Translations under genes and position numbers: made by a program
Notes under the pieces: generated by a model
What the model was told of the DNA's origin: nothing
Seen by the model: the letters and a program-made list of their open reading frames with translations, nothing else
Database searches by the model: none
Assembly: GCA_964035545.1 (NCBI GenBank)
Contig: OZ037766.1
Span: forward strand, 124,001-188,000
Length of the DNA stretch: 64,000 bases
From: Bugula neritina
Lineage: Eukaryota; Animalia; Bryozoa
Direction of reading: 5' to 3'
Part shown: positions 1-14,600 of the stretch, piece by piece
Numbering within the stretch: position 1 is the first letter of the stretch
Layout: each line of letters begins with the position of its first letter

Positions 1-29
1 AAAGGTTTATCAACTATTACTTTAGTTAC

Positions 30-1884
30 TGCTCTATCTAATAGAACTATATACCTGCTCTATCTAATAGAACTATATACCTGCTCTATCTAATAGAACT
101 ATATACCTGCTCTATCTAATAGAACTACATACCTACTCTATCTAATAGAACTATATACCTGCTCTATCTAATAGAACTACATACCTGCTCTATCTAATAG
201 AACTATATACCTGCTCTATCTAATATAACTATATACCTACTCTATCTAATAGAACTATATACCTTCTCCATCTAATAGAACTATATACCTGCTCTATATA
301 ATATAACTATATACCTACTCTATCTAATAGAACTATATACCTACTCTATCTAATATAACTATATACCTACTCTATCTAATAGAACTATATACCTACTCTA
401 TCTAATAGAACTATATACCTGCTCTATCTAATAGAACTACATACCTGCTCTATCTAATAGAACTATATACCTGCTCTATCTAATATAACTATATACCTAC
501 TCTATCTAATAGAACTATATACCTTCTCCATCTAATAGAACTATATACCTACTCTATCTAATAGAACTATATACCTACTCTATCTAATAGAACTATATAC
601 CTGCTCTATCTAATAGAACTATATACCTGCTCTATCTAATAGAACTATACACCTACTCTATCTAATAGAACTATATACCTGCTCTATCTAATAGAACTAT
701 ATACCTACTCTATCTAATAGAACTATATACCTGCTCTATCTAATAGAACTACATACCTGCTCTATCTAATAGAACTATATACCTGCTCTATCTAATATAA
801 CTATATACCTGCTCTATCTAATAGAACTATATACCTACTCTATCTAATAGAACTATATACCTACTCTATTTAATAGAACTATATACCTACTCTATTTAAT
901 AGAACTATATACCTGCTCTATATAATATAACTATATACCTACTCTATCTAATAGAACTATATACCTACTCTATCTAATAGAACTATATACCTGCTCTATC
1001 TAATAGAACTACATACCTGCTCTATCTAATAGAACTATATACCTGCTCTATCTAATATAACTATATACCTGCTCTATCTAATAGAACTATATACCTACTC
1101 TATCTAATAGAACTATATACCTACTCTATTTAATAGAACTATATACCTGCTCTATCTAATAGAACTATATACCTGCTCTATCTAATAGAACTATATACCT
1201 TCTCCATCTAATAGAACTATATACCTACTCTATTTAATAGAACTATATACCTGCTCTATATAATATAACTATATACCTACTCTATCTAATAGAACTATAT
1301 ACCTACTCTATCTAATAGAACTATATACCTGCTCTATCTAATAGAACTACATACCTGCTCTATCTAATAGAACTATATACCTGCTCTATCTAATATAACT
1401 ATATACCTACTCTATCTAATAGAACTATATACCTGCTCTATCTAATAGAACTATACACCTACTCTATCTAATAGAACTATATACCTACTCTATCTAATAG
1501 AACTATATACCTGCTCTATCTAATAGAACTATATACCTGCTCTATCTAATAGAACTACATACCTGCTCTATCTAATAGAACTACATACCTGCTCTATCTA
1601 ATAGAACTATATGCCTGCTCTATATAATATAACTATATACCTACTCTATCTAATAGAACTATATACCTACTCTATCTAATAGAACTATATACCTGCTCTA
1701 TCTAATAGAACTACATACCTGCTCTATCTAATAGAACTATATGCCTGCTCCATCTAATAGAACTACATACCTGCTCTATCTAATAGAACTACATACCTGC
1801 TCCATCTAATAGAACTACATACCTGCTCTATCTAATAGAACTACATACCTGCTCTATCTAATAGAACTACATACCTTCTCCATC
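30..1884 (-). repeat. 26-bp minisatellite (~70 copies) built from the MMP exon/intron donor junction
   Basis: Sense-strand unit GTAT(A/G)TAGTTCTATTAGATAGAG(C/T)AG; the true junction is GATGGAGAAG|GTATGTAGTTCTATTA at 1875/1874. Confidence 0.95.
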
Positions 1885-4800
1885 GAATCTAGCTTCGTCG
1901 TCGTGATTTTCCCCGACATTGAATGAAAACCTGATGTCGGCCTGCAGCAGGACAGTGATGTCATCAATGAGTTCCGTAAACGTGTAGTCGCTGCCTCCTT
2001 CCCAGAATTCCAGAGCCTTTCGCAGAACTTCATGAACTTTGTTTCTCGTCTCCTCTGATGCGAAGTGGTTCTCGTCATATCGGACAACTCTGAAATCAAG
2101 AAGAGTGACATGGGAAGGTAACTCTTAGTTTTCTGCACCTCAAGAATCTAATGGTTTGACAAGAAAACACAACTACAACTTATTAATAATGGTCATCTGT
2201 CATTTAGCGACACTTCAATGCTATACGGAACAAAGCTGAGACTAGTTATCTCTCCGTGTCATGTCGGAGTTGTCTCTCCGTGTCATGTCGGAGTTGTCTC
2301 TCCGTGTCGCATTGAAGTTGTTTCTCATGTTGAAGCCCTGAGACTCAAGGTTCACTCCATTCATTAAGGTTGTGATGTCATGACTCAGCAACACACCATA
2401 ATGAAAGAGGTAACCTCAAGTCACTTCTCACAGTCCCAAACTTAACAGACTCTTTTCTTTCTCCTTTTTAGAGTAAAATTGTTTGCAATACGGCAAACAT
2501 CAAGTTATAGGAATAAATATTCACTTAAATATCAAAGTTTTGAGGTACTTCATTAGTAATACATAATCCATAGTTCAGGTTTTACTGAACAGGGCAACAC
2601 GTTGCTATTCCTAAGTCATATTTAATCTCAAAGCATAGTATTTTAAGGTCTGCGAACTTACGACCAAGTTAGCTGGGTTTTGGGAAACCCGATGTGTTTA
2701 TTCTGAGCGCCAGATCTCAGTTGCTCTATATCATCAAACACTCCACAACGTGGTGCCACTAGCTTAGCCTCAGTTTCCTCATCAAGTACCCCCGTCTCTG
2801 GTAAACCTGCCAGGAACTGGACGCCCTTGACACTTTGAGAGACTTCCTGGTTGGTGGGAAGTCTTCCATACTCATTTAGAGAACTGGGGAGATATTCATA
2901 TTTCTGTAGCAACTTCTGCAACTATAAGAACAAAGTTGAGCTGAAAATACTTTAATAGTTTCGGTGAAAATACCCTTTGAATAAGTTGTTTACTATAGAA
3001 ATTGAATGTCAACACTAATAGCTAAAGGAGTAACCATGCATGTTTACTCTACACTGATTTGCTTTGATTTGTTACTTTTCTAATGCGAGACAACTCACAA
3101 AAAAGTCTATCAGCCAAATTAAACTTCAGGCTGAAAATCTGGAAGGTATAGACGCACTAAAGACTTGAATCCAACCTACTAAAGCATATTGTGATTAATT
3201 AATCATATAAATATTGCAGTGCATAGTCTACTTACCATCCCATACCTGTAAAATACTTGAGACAAACGAAATAAAATACAAAATATATCTTCTAAAATCT
3301 AAACTATTGCTTTCAGCTAAATGAGTAGTAGCTACTGCATAAATTAATCCATTACAGCCACTCCACTTTGTTGATTCACAAAATACAATACCTTGTTTCA
3401 GGTTGTTATCGCAAGCGCTAAATCTTAATTTTCTATATTTTACAACAGTTTACTAAGTTTACAGATTGCTGTTTAATGACTTACATATAATGGGAATAAT
3501 TTTAAAACTCTTAAAACCTTTCTCTACCTTATTCAAAACATTGTTACCTAAAATTTTCTATTACTTTCTCCTTTTTGAAACACTACCAGCAGACTACCAA
3601 CAGTGTGGAAGGTTCTAGAACACTACCAGCAGACTACCAACAGTGTGGAAGGTTCTAGAACACTACCAGCAGAATACCAACAGTGTGGACCTACCAGGTA
3701 TCAGCGAGGAACACGACTACGACTACTACAGCAGAAAGTCTAGTAACAAATGACTGGAAGTCGTGAGATTATCTCAACAAATGATGAGCTACAGAGTCAT
3801 TGACATTTCGGATGTGTTCACATAGCCCGGATCTACACTCTATAGAAGATTGCTGGAAGGGGGGGGGCAGATATCTATTTCAATCGATTTGGTCTATGCA
3901 GGATTTAACAGCTGAGAGAGATTATATAATAATAGATGATTACATAAGACATCATTATACAGAGATATATTTAGACTGGCATTTTCACATCAAATCTCTG
4001 GAATATTACTAGAAAGAGTTTATAGCATCATACCACGTACTTACAGTGTACCTACAGTGTTTTACAGTGTAGGCTACTTACAGTGTCTTGCAGTGTCTTA
4101 CTGTGTACTTACAGTGTACTTACAGTGTACTTACAGTGTCTTACAGTGTACTTACAGTGTCTTACTGTGTACTTACTGTGTACTTACAGTGTACTTACAG
4201 TGTCTTGCAGTGTACTTACAGTGTACTTACAGTGTCTTGCAGTGTCTTACTGTGTACTTACAGTGTACTTACAGTGTACTTACAGTGTCTTACTACGTAC
4301 TTACAAGAGGATCTAATACACTATTATATAAGTAACAATTACACCTAATAGTTGGCCAATTTAAAGAGTTTGGTCTCCAGTTTTTATATAGCTGCCGAAA
4401 CTGCTGCCAATGCAAAACTAGCAGATGATTTGAACAAACACAAGATTTGCAGGCAAGTCTCACTCTCACAGCTGCCTGACATCTTACATATTCTCAAGTG
4501 ATGATCCCACTGTTAGAGTTATAGCTCTAACTCTAACTCTAACAATAGTTATAGCTCTAACTCTAACTCTAACAATAGTTATAGCTCTAGTTCTAACAAT
4601 AGTTATAGTTCTAACAATAGTTGCTATTCATGATAAGGTAACCTACTATACTCCCATATATACTATACACTAAATCTATGTATGGACCAAAGGCTATACC
4701 TAAGAGTGGTGTGAATCTATGGCTAGGGTGTTACGTAATCACCGGTATATCATGTCATGACAATAACCTCATCAATAATAGGATCAAGTAGCTCTAAAAG

Positions 4801-5342
4801 TCAAAATGCTAGCAGATTCTTCAGAGAGGAGGGTTTTGACCTTCATTATAGAGATAGCAAACAATAGGCACTGTGTTACAGCTGGTAAACCAACTGGGAC
4901 AGTCAACTAAACTCAGCCAACTTCTACAGCTCTCTGTTTAACCTCCCTGAGCTCCCTTATACCACAGCTCTCTGTTTAACCTCCCTGAACTCTATACTAA
5001 GACAAAGGAGATCCCCACTTATGTGATGAACTCTCATATATAATGTGTTTCTAAGCTTATATGCCAAGGAATATTTCATTGATGTTTGGAAAGAGTTGCA
5101 TTGAGTGAAAACAGAACCACAAGCTCACCAGCAACCACAAATTCCCATAATGCAAGCCATGGAAAACATTGAAAAACACTTTTCTATCAAAAATAGTATG
5201 AAATAAAGACATTCGAACTCTTTAGAGGGAAGCTTGCTGCGTGTACACTCACCTCTGTGGTGTTGGTGGAGAGGAGGCTGGCAGAGATTGTCAGTGGGGA
5301 CACTACTCCAAATATCAAGATGAGAAGTCCTTTAATCCGCAT
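1875..5342 (-). CDS. Matrix metalloproteinase (M10A), 5' part; exons 5342-5253, 2921-2662, 2089-1875; continues past the left window edge
   Basis: Signal peptide MRIKGLLILIFGVVSPLTISAS; prodomain LQKYEYL...PRCGVFD (cysteine switch); catalytic N-half ALEFWEGGSDYTFTE...ADIRFSF...HDDEARFDGEG. All junctions are GT-AG with consistent phases (0,2,1). The zinc HExxH motif lies outside the window. Confidence 0.92.
3578..3689. repeat. 40-bp tandem repeat x~3 in MMP intron 1
   Basis: aacactaccagcagactaccaacagtgtggaaggttctag repeated. Confidence 0.85.
4037..4304. repeat. 10/11-bp tandem repeat (ttacagtgtac/ttacagtgtc) in MMP intron 1
   Basis: Directly visible; explains ORFs 4057-4348. Confidence 0.9.
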
Positions 5343-5407
5343 TGCTCCACTCGTAAATTGTTATACTCTATGGGTGCTGTCTAAAATGTTGATCACATAA
5401 CATAGAA

Positions 5408-5625
5408 TACTATAACTATACAGTTTACAGTGAGTTGATACCCTTACTAGTAATATTACTATATAGTATTCAGTGTGTTGATACCCTTACTAATAATATA
5501 ACTATATAGTATACAGTGAGTTGATACCCTTACTAATAATATAACTATATAGTATTCAGTGAGTTGATACCCTTACTAATAATATAACTATATAGTATAC
5601 AGTGAGTTGATACCCTTACTAATAC
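5408..5625. repeat. 43-bp tandem repeat x5
   Basis: gttgatacccttacta recurs with 43-bp period. Confidence 0.85.
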
Positions 5626-5792
5626 TAGTGAGACTTGCTATGAGGTCTACAGGCTCACACTGATGTCTAAGCCATAAGAAAGTAATGAATATAAATAAAT
5701 GCATAAGTGTCAGCGGTGTTCACTTCTCAGAGCAAATATGCTGAATATGCAGGGATTTCTCAGCCTTTTCATGTTTATACTGGAAATCATAG

Positions 5793-6071
5793 CTACACAG
5801 CAAGTGTAAGTTACATAATATATAGTATATATACTACACAGCAAGTGTAAGTTACATAATATTATATAGTATATACTACACAGTAAGTGTAAGTTACATA
5901 ATATATACTACACAGCAAGTGTAAGTTACATAATATATACTACACAGCAAGTGTAAGTTACATAGTATATAGTATATACTACACAGTAAGTGTAAGTTAC
6001 ATAGTATATAGTATATACTACACAGTAAGTGTAAGTTACATAGTATATAGTATATACTACACAGTAAGTGT
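5793..6071. repeat. ~30-40-bp tandem repeat (ctacacag(c/t)aagtgtaagttacata + variable spacer)
   Basis: About 8 copies visible. Confidence 0.85.
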
Positions 6072-6395
6072 ACGATATATACACTTTACAACCCCCAACA
6101 CTTCACCAATAGGAAAGAAATTGACCACACTCACTTTAGAGCAAGCTAACATAGCATTTGGTCAATGTAATAATATTATAAAAAATACTCTTTATTTGTA
6201 ATTAGCTATATCTTAGTTGACTCAGTCTGTTAAGCTTTCATATCAACAGAAAAACATTGACTTTCTTTGTTAAACAAAGCAAATTTATTTAGCTGCTGCA
6301 TTTCTTGTTAACTGGTGATTCATTTTGTAATTTCCTGATTAGATTCTTTTACATATAAACTCCACAGTCAGTCTTTTTTCTGCTTACTAACTTAT

Positions 6396-6693
6396 CAGAG
6401 CAAGTGCCTGTCAACATTGTCAGTACACTGGTACATAGAACTGACACCTAGTCATCACACTACAGAGCAAGTACCTGCCAACATTGTCAGTACACTGGTA
6501 CATAGAACTGACACCTAGTCATCACACTACAGAGCAGGTACCTGTCAACATTGTCAGTACACTGGTACATAGAACTAACACCTAGTCATCACACTACAGA
6601 GCAGGTACCTGTCAACACTGTCAGTACACTGGTACATAGAACTGACACCTAGTCATCACACTACAGAGCAGGTACCTGTCAACATTGTCAGTA
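6396..6693. repeat. 67-bp tandem repeat x~4.5
   Basis: cagagca(a/g)gtacctgtcaacattgtcagtacactggtacatagaactgacacctagtcatcacacta repeated. Confidence 0.9.
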
Positions 6694-6849
6694 TATGTGA
6701 GATATCTCCCACAAGCCTGCTATTCAGTTTCCAACAAGGAAAAATAGCTCAAAGTGTACAGATTTGATCGAAAGCTCTGAAGATTCTCATTGCTATTTAT
6801 TGAAGCTGACATCCTGTGTGTATCATTCAACAAGCTCCCATTAGTTTTA

Positions 6850-7303
6850 TTTACTCTCTATTTACTCTCTATTTACTTTCTACTTACTCTCTACTTACTC
6901 TCTACTTACTCTCTGCTTACTCTCTACTTACTCTCTACTTACTCTCTACTTACTATATACTTACTATATACTTACTCTCTACTTACTCTCTACTTACTCT
7001 CTACTTGCTCTCTACTTACTCTCTACTTACTCTCTACTTACTCTATACATACTCTCTACTTACTTTCTACTTACTCTCTACTTACTCTATACATACTCTC
7101 TACTTACTTTCTACTTACTTTCTACTTACTCTCTACTTACTTTCTACTTACTTTCTACTTACTCTCTACGTACTCTCTACTTACTCTTTACTTACTCTCT
7201 ACCTACTCTCTACTTACTCTGTACTTACTCTCTACTTACTCTCTACTTACTCTTTACTTACTCTCTACTTACTCTCTACTTACTCTCTACTTACTCTCTA
7301 CTC
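6850..7303. repeat. 11-bp minisatellite (ctctctactta)n
   Basis: Directly visible; explains ORFs 6790-7346. Confidence 0.92.
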
Positions 7304-8665
7304 ACAACTAAAGCAGCATAACCTCAACTACAGGAGCCTTTATTAGCAGTGATTTTAGTGAATTTAATTATGTTGTGGTTGTATCAATATAATAAATTAC
7401 TGCCCACAACTCAACAGTTCACACAGCAGTTTCCAGATGATATTATATTTCAGGAGCCTCATAACTGTAGAAGGGTCTGGAGTAGGCAGCAGAGTGGTTA
7501 GAGAGAATATATACTAGTATGGGTGGTACGGCATCACCACACTATAATAACTGGCAGAGGAAGTGCTGTAGCTGTATAAGGTAACTTTCCAGCTATGCGT
7601 AGACAGATAATAAGAGAGGGCAACTCTAAATACAATAGAAACTGTGGGGTTGATGCAAGGACAACTATTGTAACTTTGATACATCTTATATGCCAGTTTG
7701 CCAACAATCTACATGCACACAACATGTATTGAAGAGCGGTAAAGACCTCATCCATGTGTAAAATTAAGAAAAAGTAGGTTTATTGGAATAGCTACGATAT
7801 CTACAATAGCAAGTTAGCCACATTATAACAAAAGACCAATCATTACGCTAAACCTCGATAGTTCTTCTACATTGACACAGCCTGAGTCCTCCATTTGTTG
7901 TAGTTTCAAGTTTTGAACTTTAATTGCAGCCCAAACAGGGAAATATCTAGATTTTCAAGTGACTCGTAAACAGAGTTTGTTGATGTGAGAAACCATCCGG
8001 GAGAATATAAACTAATAGATTTACTTTCATAGGATACAGTATATCTGTTTACTGCTGATAATATTAATAAAACGAAAAATTCGAAATATAATATAAAAAT
8101 ATTAACAACATTGTACTGGCTTTAAGTTTATCTGATGCCCCAAGTGTGGGCAGGTGGAACGAAGTCAGCTGAGAAATAGTTCATACAATGTTGAGCAGAA
8201 GTTGACTCGACTTGAAGTATTCACAGTTATATAAGTTATAACACAAGTTCAACCAGCGCATGGTAATCAGTAATGGTTACTAATAAGAGTATATATAATA
8301 TATGCAACTAGAATAGTAGGGGTTTGTAGTATAATACTATAGTCACCGGAAATTGTCATAATAGAGTGAGTGAGTGACTACAGGTGTCAGTGACTTGAGT
8401 GACAGTCAATAGTACGAGTGAGTATCAACTAACCTGCTGAGTGAATATCTCTCTCAAGTACACACCTCTGCTGTCAGTAATAAGGCAGGTAATTTAGGCG
8501 CTGCTAAAGCAGCACTTTTGGGGTCAGAGGTCATTTTAGTTATTCACCTGATCGTGTTACTGGCACGCCCTGTGGGCCACCCGTGCTAGGTTTATTAAAT
8601 GTGTATTGAAGGCTAAAGATTTGAATAAACAAAAACAGATTTCCTGTTGCCATAATTCAAGTAAT

Positions 8666-11600
8666 TAGTATATATAGACAGTAGTATATAGACAGTAGTA
8701 TATAGAGAGTAGTATATAGAGAGTAGTATATAGACAGTAGTATATAGAGAGTAGTATATAGAGAGTAGTATATAGAGAGTAGTATATAGAGAGTAGTATA
8801 TAGAGAGTAGTATATAGAGAGTAGTATATAGAGAGTAGTATATAGAGAGTAGTATATAGAGAGTAGTATATAGAGAGTAGTATATAGAGAGTAGTATATA
8901 GACAGTAGTATATAGAGAGTAGTATATAGAGAGTAGTATATAGAGAGTAGTATATATGAGATAGTATATAGAGAGTAGTATATAGACAGTAGTATATAGA
9001 GAGTAGTATATAGACAGTAGTATATAGACAGTAGTATACAGAGAGTAGTATATAGAGAGTAGTATATAGACAGTAGTATATAGAGAGTAGTATATAGACA
9101 GTAGTATATAGAGAGTAGTATATAGACAGTAGTATATAGAGAGTAGTATATAGAGAGTAGTATATAGAGAGTAGTATATAGAGAGTAGTATATAGAGAGT
9201 AGTATATATAGAGTAGTATATAGAGAGTAGTATATAGAGAGTAGTATATAGACAGTAGAATATAGAGAGTAGTATATAGAGAGTAGTATATAGAGAGTAG
9301 TATATAGAGAGTAGTATATAGAGAGTAGTATATAGACAGTAGTATACAGAGAGTAGTATATAGAGAGTAGTATATAGAGAGTAGTATATAGACAGTAGTA
9401 TATAGAGAGTAGTATATAGACAGTAGTATATAGAGAGTAGTATATAGAGAGTAGTATATAGAGAGTAGTATATAGAGAGTAGTATATAGACAGTAGTATA
9501 TAGACAGTAGTATATAGAGAGTAGTATATAGAGAGTAGTATATAGACAGTAGTATATAGAGAGTAGTATATAGACAGTAGTATATAGACAGTAGTACATA
9601 GAGAGTAGTATATAGAGAGTAGTATATAGACAGTAGTATATAGAGAGTAGTACATAGAGAGTAGTATATAGAGAGTAGTATATAGACAGTAGTATATAGA
9701 GAGTAGTATATAGACAGTAGTATATAGAGAGTAGTACATAGAGAGTAGTATATAGAGAGTAGTATATAGACAGTAGTATATAGAGAGTAGTATATAGACA
9801 GTAGTATATAGAGAGTAGTATATAGAGAGTAGTATATAGAGAGTAGTATATAGAGAGTAGTATATAGACAGTAGTATATAGAGAGTAGTATATAGAGAGT
9901 AGTATATAGACAGTAGTATATATAGAGAGTAGTATATAGAGAGTAGTATATAGAGAGTAGTACATAGACAGTAGTACATAGACAGTAGTATATAGAGAGT
10001 AGTATATAGAGAGTAGTATATAGACAGTAGTATATAGAGAGTAGTATATAGAGAGTAGTATATAGACAGTAGTATATAGAGAGTAGTATATAGACAGTAG
10101 TATATAGAGAGTAGTATATAGAGAGTAGTATATAGAGAGTAGTATATAGACAGTAGTACATAGAGAGTAGTATATAGAGAGTAGTATATAGACAGTAGTA
10201 TATAGACAGTAGTATATAGAGAGTAGTATATAGAGAGTAGTATATAGACAGTAGTATACAGAGAGTAGTATATAGACAGTAGTATACAGAGAGTAGTATA
10301 TAGAGAGTAGTATATAGAGAGTAGTATATAGACAGTAGTATATAGAGAGTAGTACATAGAGAGTAGTATATAGAGAGTAGTATATAGAGAGTAGTATATA
10401 GAGAGTAGTATATAGAGAGTAGTATATAGAGAGAGTAGTATATAGAGAGTAGTATATAGAGAGTAGTATATAGACAGTAGTATATAGACAGTAGTATATA
10501 GAGAGTAGTATATAGAGAGTAGTATATAGACAGTAGTATATAGAGAGTAGTATATAGACAGTAGTATATAGACAGTAGTACATAGAGAGTAGTATATAGA
10601 GAGTAGTATATAGACAGTAGTATATAGAGAGTAGTACATAGAGAGTAGTATATAGAGAGTAGTATATAGACAGTAGTATATAGAGAGTAGTATATAGACA
10701 GTAGTATATAGAGAGTAGTACATAGAGAGTAGTATATAGAGAGTAGTATATAGACAGTAGTGTATAGAGAGTAGTATATAGAGAGTAGTATATAGACAGT
10801 AGTATATAGAGAGTAGTATATAGAGAGTAGTATATAGACAGTAGTATATATAGAGAGTAGTATATAGAGAGTAGTATATAGAGAGTAGTACATAGACAGT
10901 AGTACATAGACAGTAGTATATAGAGAGTAGTATATAGAGAGTAGTATATAGACAGTAGTATATAGAGAGTAGTATATAGAGAGTAGTATATAGAGAGTAG
11001 TATATAGAGAGTAGTATATAGAGAGTAGTATATAGAGAGTAGTATATAGACAGTAGTACATAGAGAGTAGTATATAGAGAGTAGTATATAGACAGTAGTA
11101 TATAGAGAGTAGTACATAGAGAGTAGTATATAGAGAGTAGTATATAGACAGTAGTATATAGAGAGTAGTATATAGACAGTAGTATATAGAGAGTAGTACA
11201 TAGAGAGTAGTATATAGAGAGTAGTATATAGACAGTAGTATATAGAGAGTAGTATATAGAGAGTAGTATATAGACAGTAGTATATAGAGAGTAGTATATA
11301 GAGAGTAGTATATAGACAGTAGTATATATAGAGAGTAGTATATAGAGAGTAGTATATAGAGAGTAGTACATAGACAGTAGTACATAGACAGTAGTATATA
11401 GAGAGTAGTATATAGAGAGTAGTATATAGACAGTAGTATATAGAGAGTAGTATATAGAGAGTAGTATATAGAGAGTAGTATATAGAGAGTAGTATATAGA
11501 GAGTAGTATATAGAGAGTAGTATATAGAGAGTAGTATATAGAGAGTAGTATATAGAGAGTAGTATATAGAGAGTAGTATATAGAGAGTAGTATATAGAGA

Positions 11601-14600
11601 GTAGTATATAGAGAGTAGTATATAGACAGTAGTATATAGAGAGTAGTATATAGAGAGTAGTATATAGAGAGTAGTATACAGAGAGTAGTATACAGAGAGT
11701 AGTATATATAGAGTAGTATATAGAGAGTAGTATATAGAGACTAGTATATAGAGAGTAGTATATAGACAGTAGTATATAGACAGTAGTATATAGACAGTAG
11801 TATATAGAGAGTAGTATATAGAGAGTAGTATATAGAGAGTAGTATATAGAGAGTAGTATATAGACAGTAGTATATAGAGAGTAGTATATAGACAGTAGTA
11901 TATAGACAGTAGAATATATAGAGTAGTATATAGACAGTAGTATATAGACAGTAGTATATAGAGAGTAGTATATAGAGAGTAGAATATAGACAGTAGTATA
12001 TAGAGAGTAGTATATAGACAGTAGTATATAGAGAGTAGTATATAGAGAGTAGTATATAGAGAGTAGTATACAGAGAGTAGTATATAGAGAGTAGTATATA
12101 GAGAGTAGTATATAGACAGTAGTATATAGAGAGTAGTATATAGACAGTAGTATATAGAGAGTAGTATATAGACAGTAGTATATAGAGAGTAGTATATAGA
12201 GAGTAGTATATAGACAGTAGTATATATAGAGTAGTATATAGAGAGTAGTATATAGAGAGTAGTATATAGAGAGTAGTATATAGACAGTAGTATCTAGACA
12301 GTAGTATATAGAGAGTAGTATATAGAGAGTAGTATATAGACAGTAGTATATAGAGAGTAGTATATAGACAGTGGTATATAGACAGTAGTATATAGACAGT
12401 AGTATATAGACAGTAGTATATAGAGAGTAGTATATAGACAGTAGTATATAGAGAGTAGTATATAGAGAGTAGTATATAGAGAGTAGTATATAGAGAGTAG
12501 TATATAGAGAGTAGTATATAGACAGTAGTATATAGAGAGTAGTATATAGAGAGTAGTATATAGACAGTAGAATATAGAGAGTAGTATATAGACAGTAGTA
12601 TATAGACAGTAGTATATAGAGAGTAGTATATAGACAGTAGTATATAGAGAGTGGTATATAGAGAGTGGTATATAGAGAGTAGAATATAGAGAGTAGTATA
12701 TAGAGAGTGGTATATAGAGAGTGGTATATAGAGAGTAGAATATAGAGAGTAGTATATAGAGAGTAGTATATAGACAGTAGTATATAGGCAGTAGTATATA
12801 GAGAGTAGTATATAGACAGTAGTATATAGAGAGTAGTATATAGACAGTAGTATATAGAGAGTAGTATATAGAGAGTAGTATATAGACAGTAGTATATAGA
12901 CAGTAGTATATAGAGAGTAGTATATAGACAGTAGTATATAGAGAGTGGTATATAGAGAGTGGTATATAGAGAGTAGTATATAGAGAGTAGTATATAGACA
13001 GTAGTATATAGACAGTAGTATATAGAGAGTAGTATATAGACAGTAGTATATAGAGAGTAGTATATAGACAGTAGTATATAGAGAGTAGTATATAGAGAGT
13101 AGTATATAGACAGTAGTATATAGACAGTAGTATATAGAGAGTAGTATATAGACAGTAGTATATAGAGAGTGGTATATAGAGAGTGGTATATAGAGAGTAG
13201 AATATAGAGAGTAGTATATAGAGAGTGGTATATAGAGAGTGGTATATAGAGAGTAGAATATAGAGAGTAGTATATAGAGAGTAGTATATAGAGAGTAGTA
13301 TATAGACAGTGGTATATAGACAGTAGTATATAGACAGTAGTATATAGACAGTAGTATATAGACAGTAGTATATAGAGAGTAGTATATAGAGAGTAGTATA
13401 TAGAGAGTAGTATATAGAGAGTAGTATATAGAGAGTAGTATATAGAGAGTAGTATATAGACAGTAGTATATAGACAGTAGTATATAGAGAGTAGTATATA
13501 GAGAGTAGTATATAGACAGTAGAATATAGAGAGTAGTATATAGAGAGTAGTATATATAGAGTAGTATATAGAGAGTAGTATATAGAGAGTAGTATATAGA
13601 GAGTAGTATATAGAGAGTAGTATATAGAGAGTAGTATATAGACAGTAGTATATAGAGAGTAGTATATAGACAGTAGTATATAGAGAGTAGTATATAGACA
13701 GTAGTATATAGAGAGTAGTATATAGAGAGTAGTATATAGACAGTAGTATATATAGAGTAGTATATAGAGAGTAGTATATAGACAGTAGTATATAGACAGT
13801 AGTATATAGAGAGTAGTATATAGACAGTAGTATATAGAGAGTAGTATATAGACAGTAGTATATAGAGAGTAGTATATAGAGAGTAGTATATATAGAGTAG
13901 TATATAGAGAGTAGTATATAGAGAGTAGTATATAGAGAGTAGTATATAGACAGTAGTATATAGAGAGTAGTATATAGACAGTAGTATATAGAGAGTAGTA
14001 TATAGACAGTAGTATATAGAGAGTAGTATATAGAGAGTAGTATATAGACAGTAGTATATATAGAGTAGTATATAGAGAGTAGTATATAGACAGTAGTATA
14101 TAGACAGTAGTATATAGAGAGTAGTATATAGACAGTAGTATATAGAGAGTAGTATATAGACAGTAGTATATAGAGAGTAGTATATAGAGAGTAGTATATA
14201 GACAGTAGTATATAGACAGTAGTATATAGAGAGTAGTATATAGACAGTAGTATATAGAGAGTGGTATATAGAGAGTGGTATATAGAGAGTAGAATATAGA
14301 GAGTAGTATATAGAGAGTGGTATATAGAGAGTGGTATATAGAGAGTAGAATATAGAGAGTAGTATATAGAGAGTAGTATATAGAGAGTAGTATATAGACA
14401 GTGGTATATAGACAGTAGTATATAGACAGTAGTATATAGACAGTAGTATATAGACAGTAGTATATAGAGAGTAGTATATAGAGAGTAGTATATAGAGAGT
14501 AGTATATAGACAGTAGTATATAGAGAGTAGTATATAGAGAGTAGTATATATAGAGTAGTATATAGAGAGTAGTATATAGAGAGTAGTATATAGAGAGTAG

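Noticed and set aside
1854-2138. 94-aa ORF in the track
   Set aside because: Wrong frame; the MMP exon 2089-1875 uses another frame.
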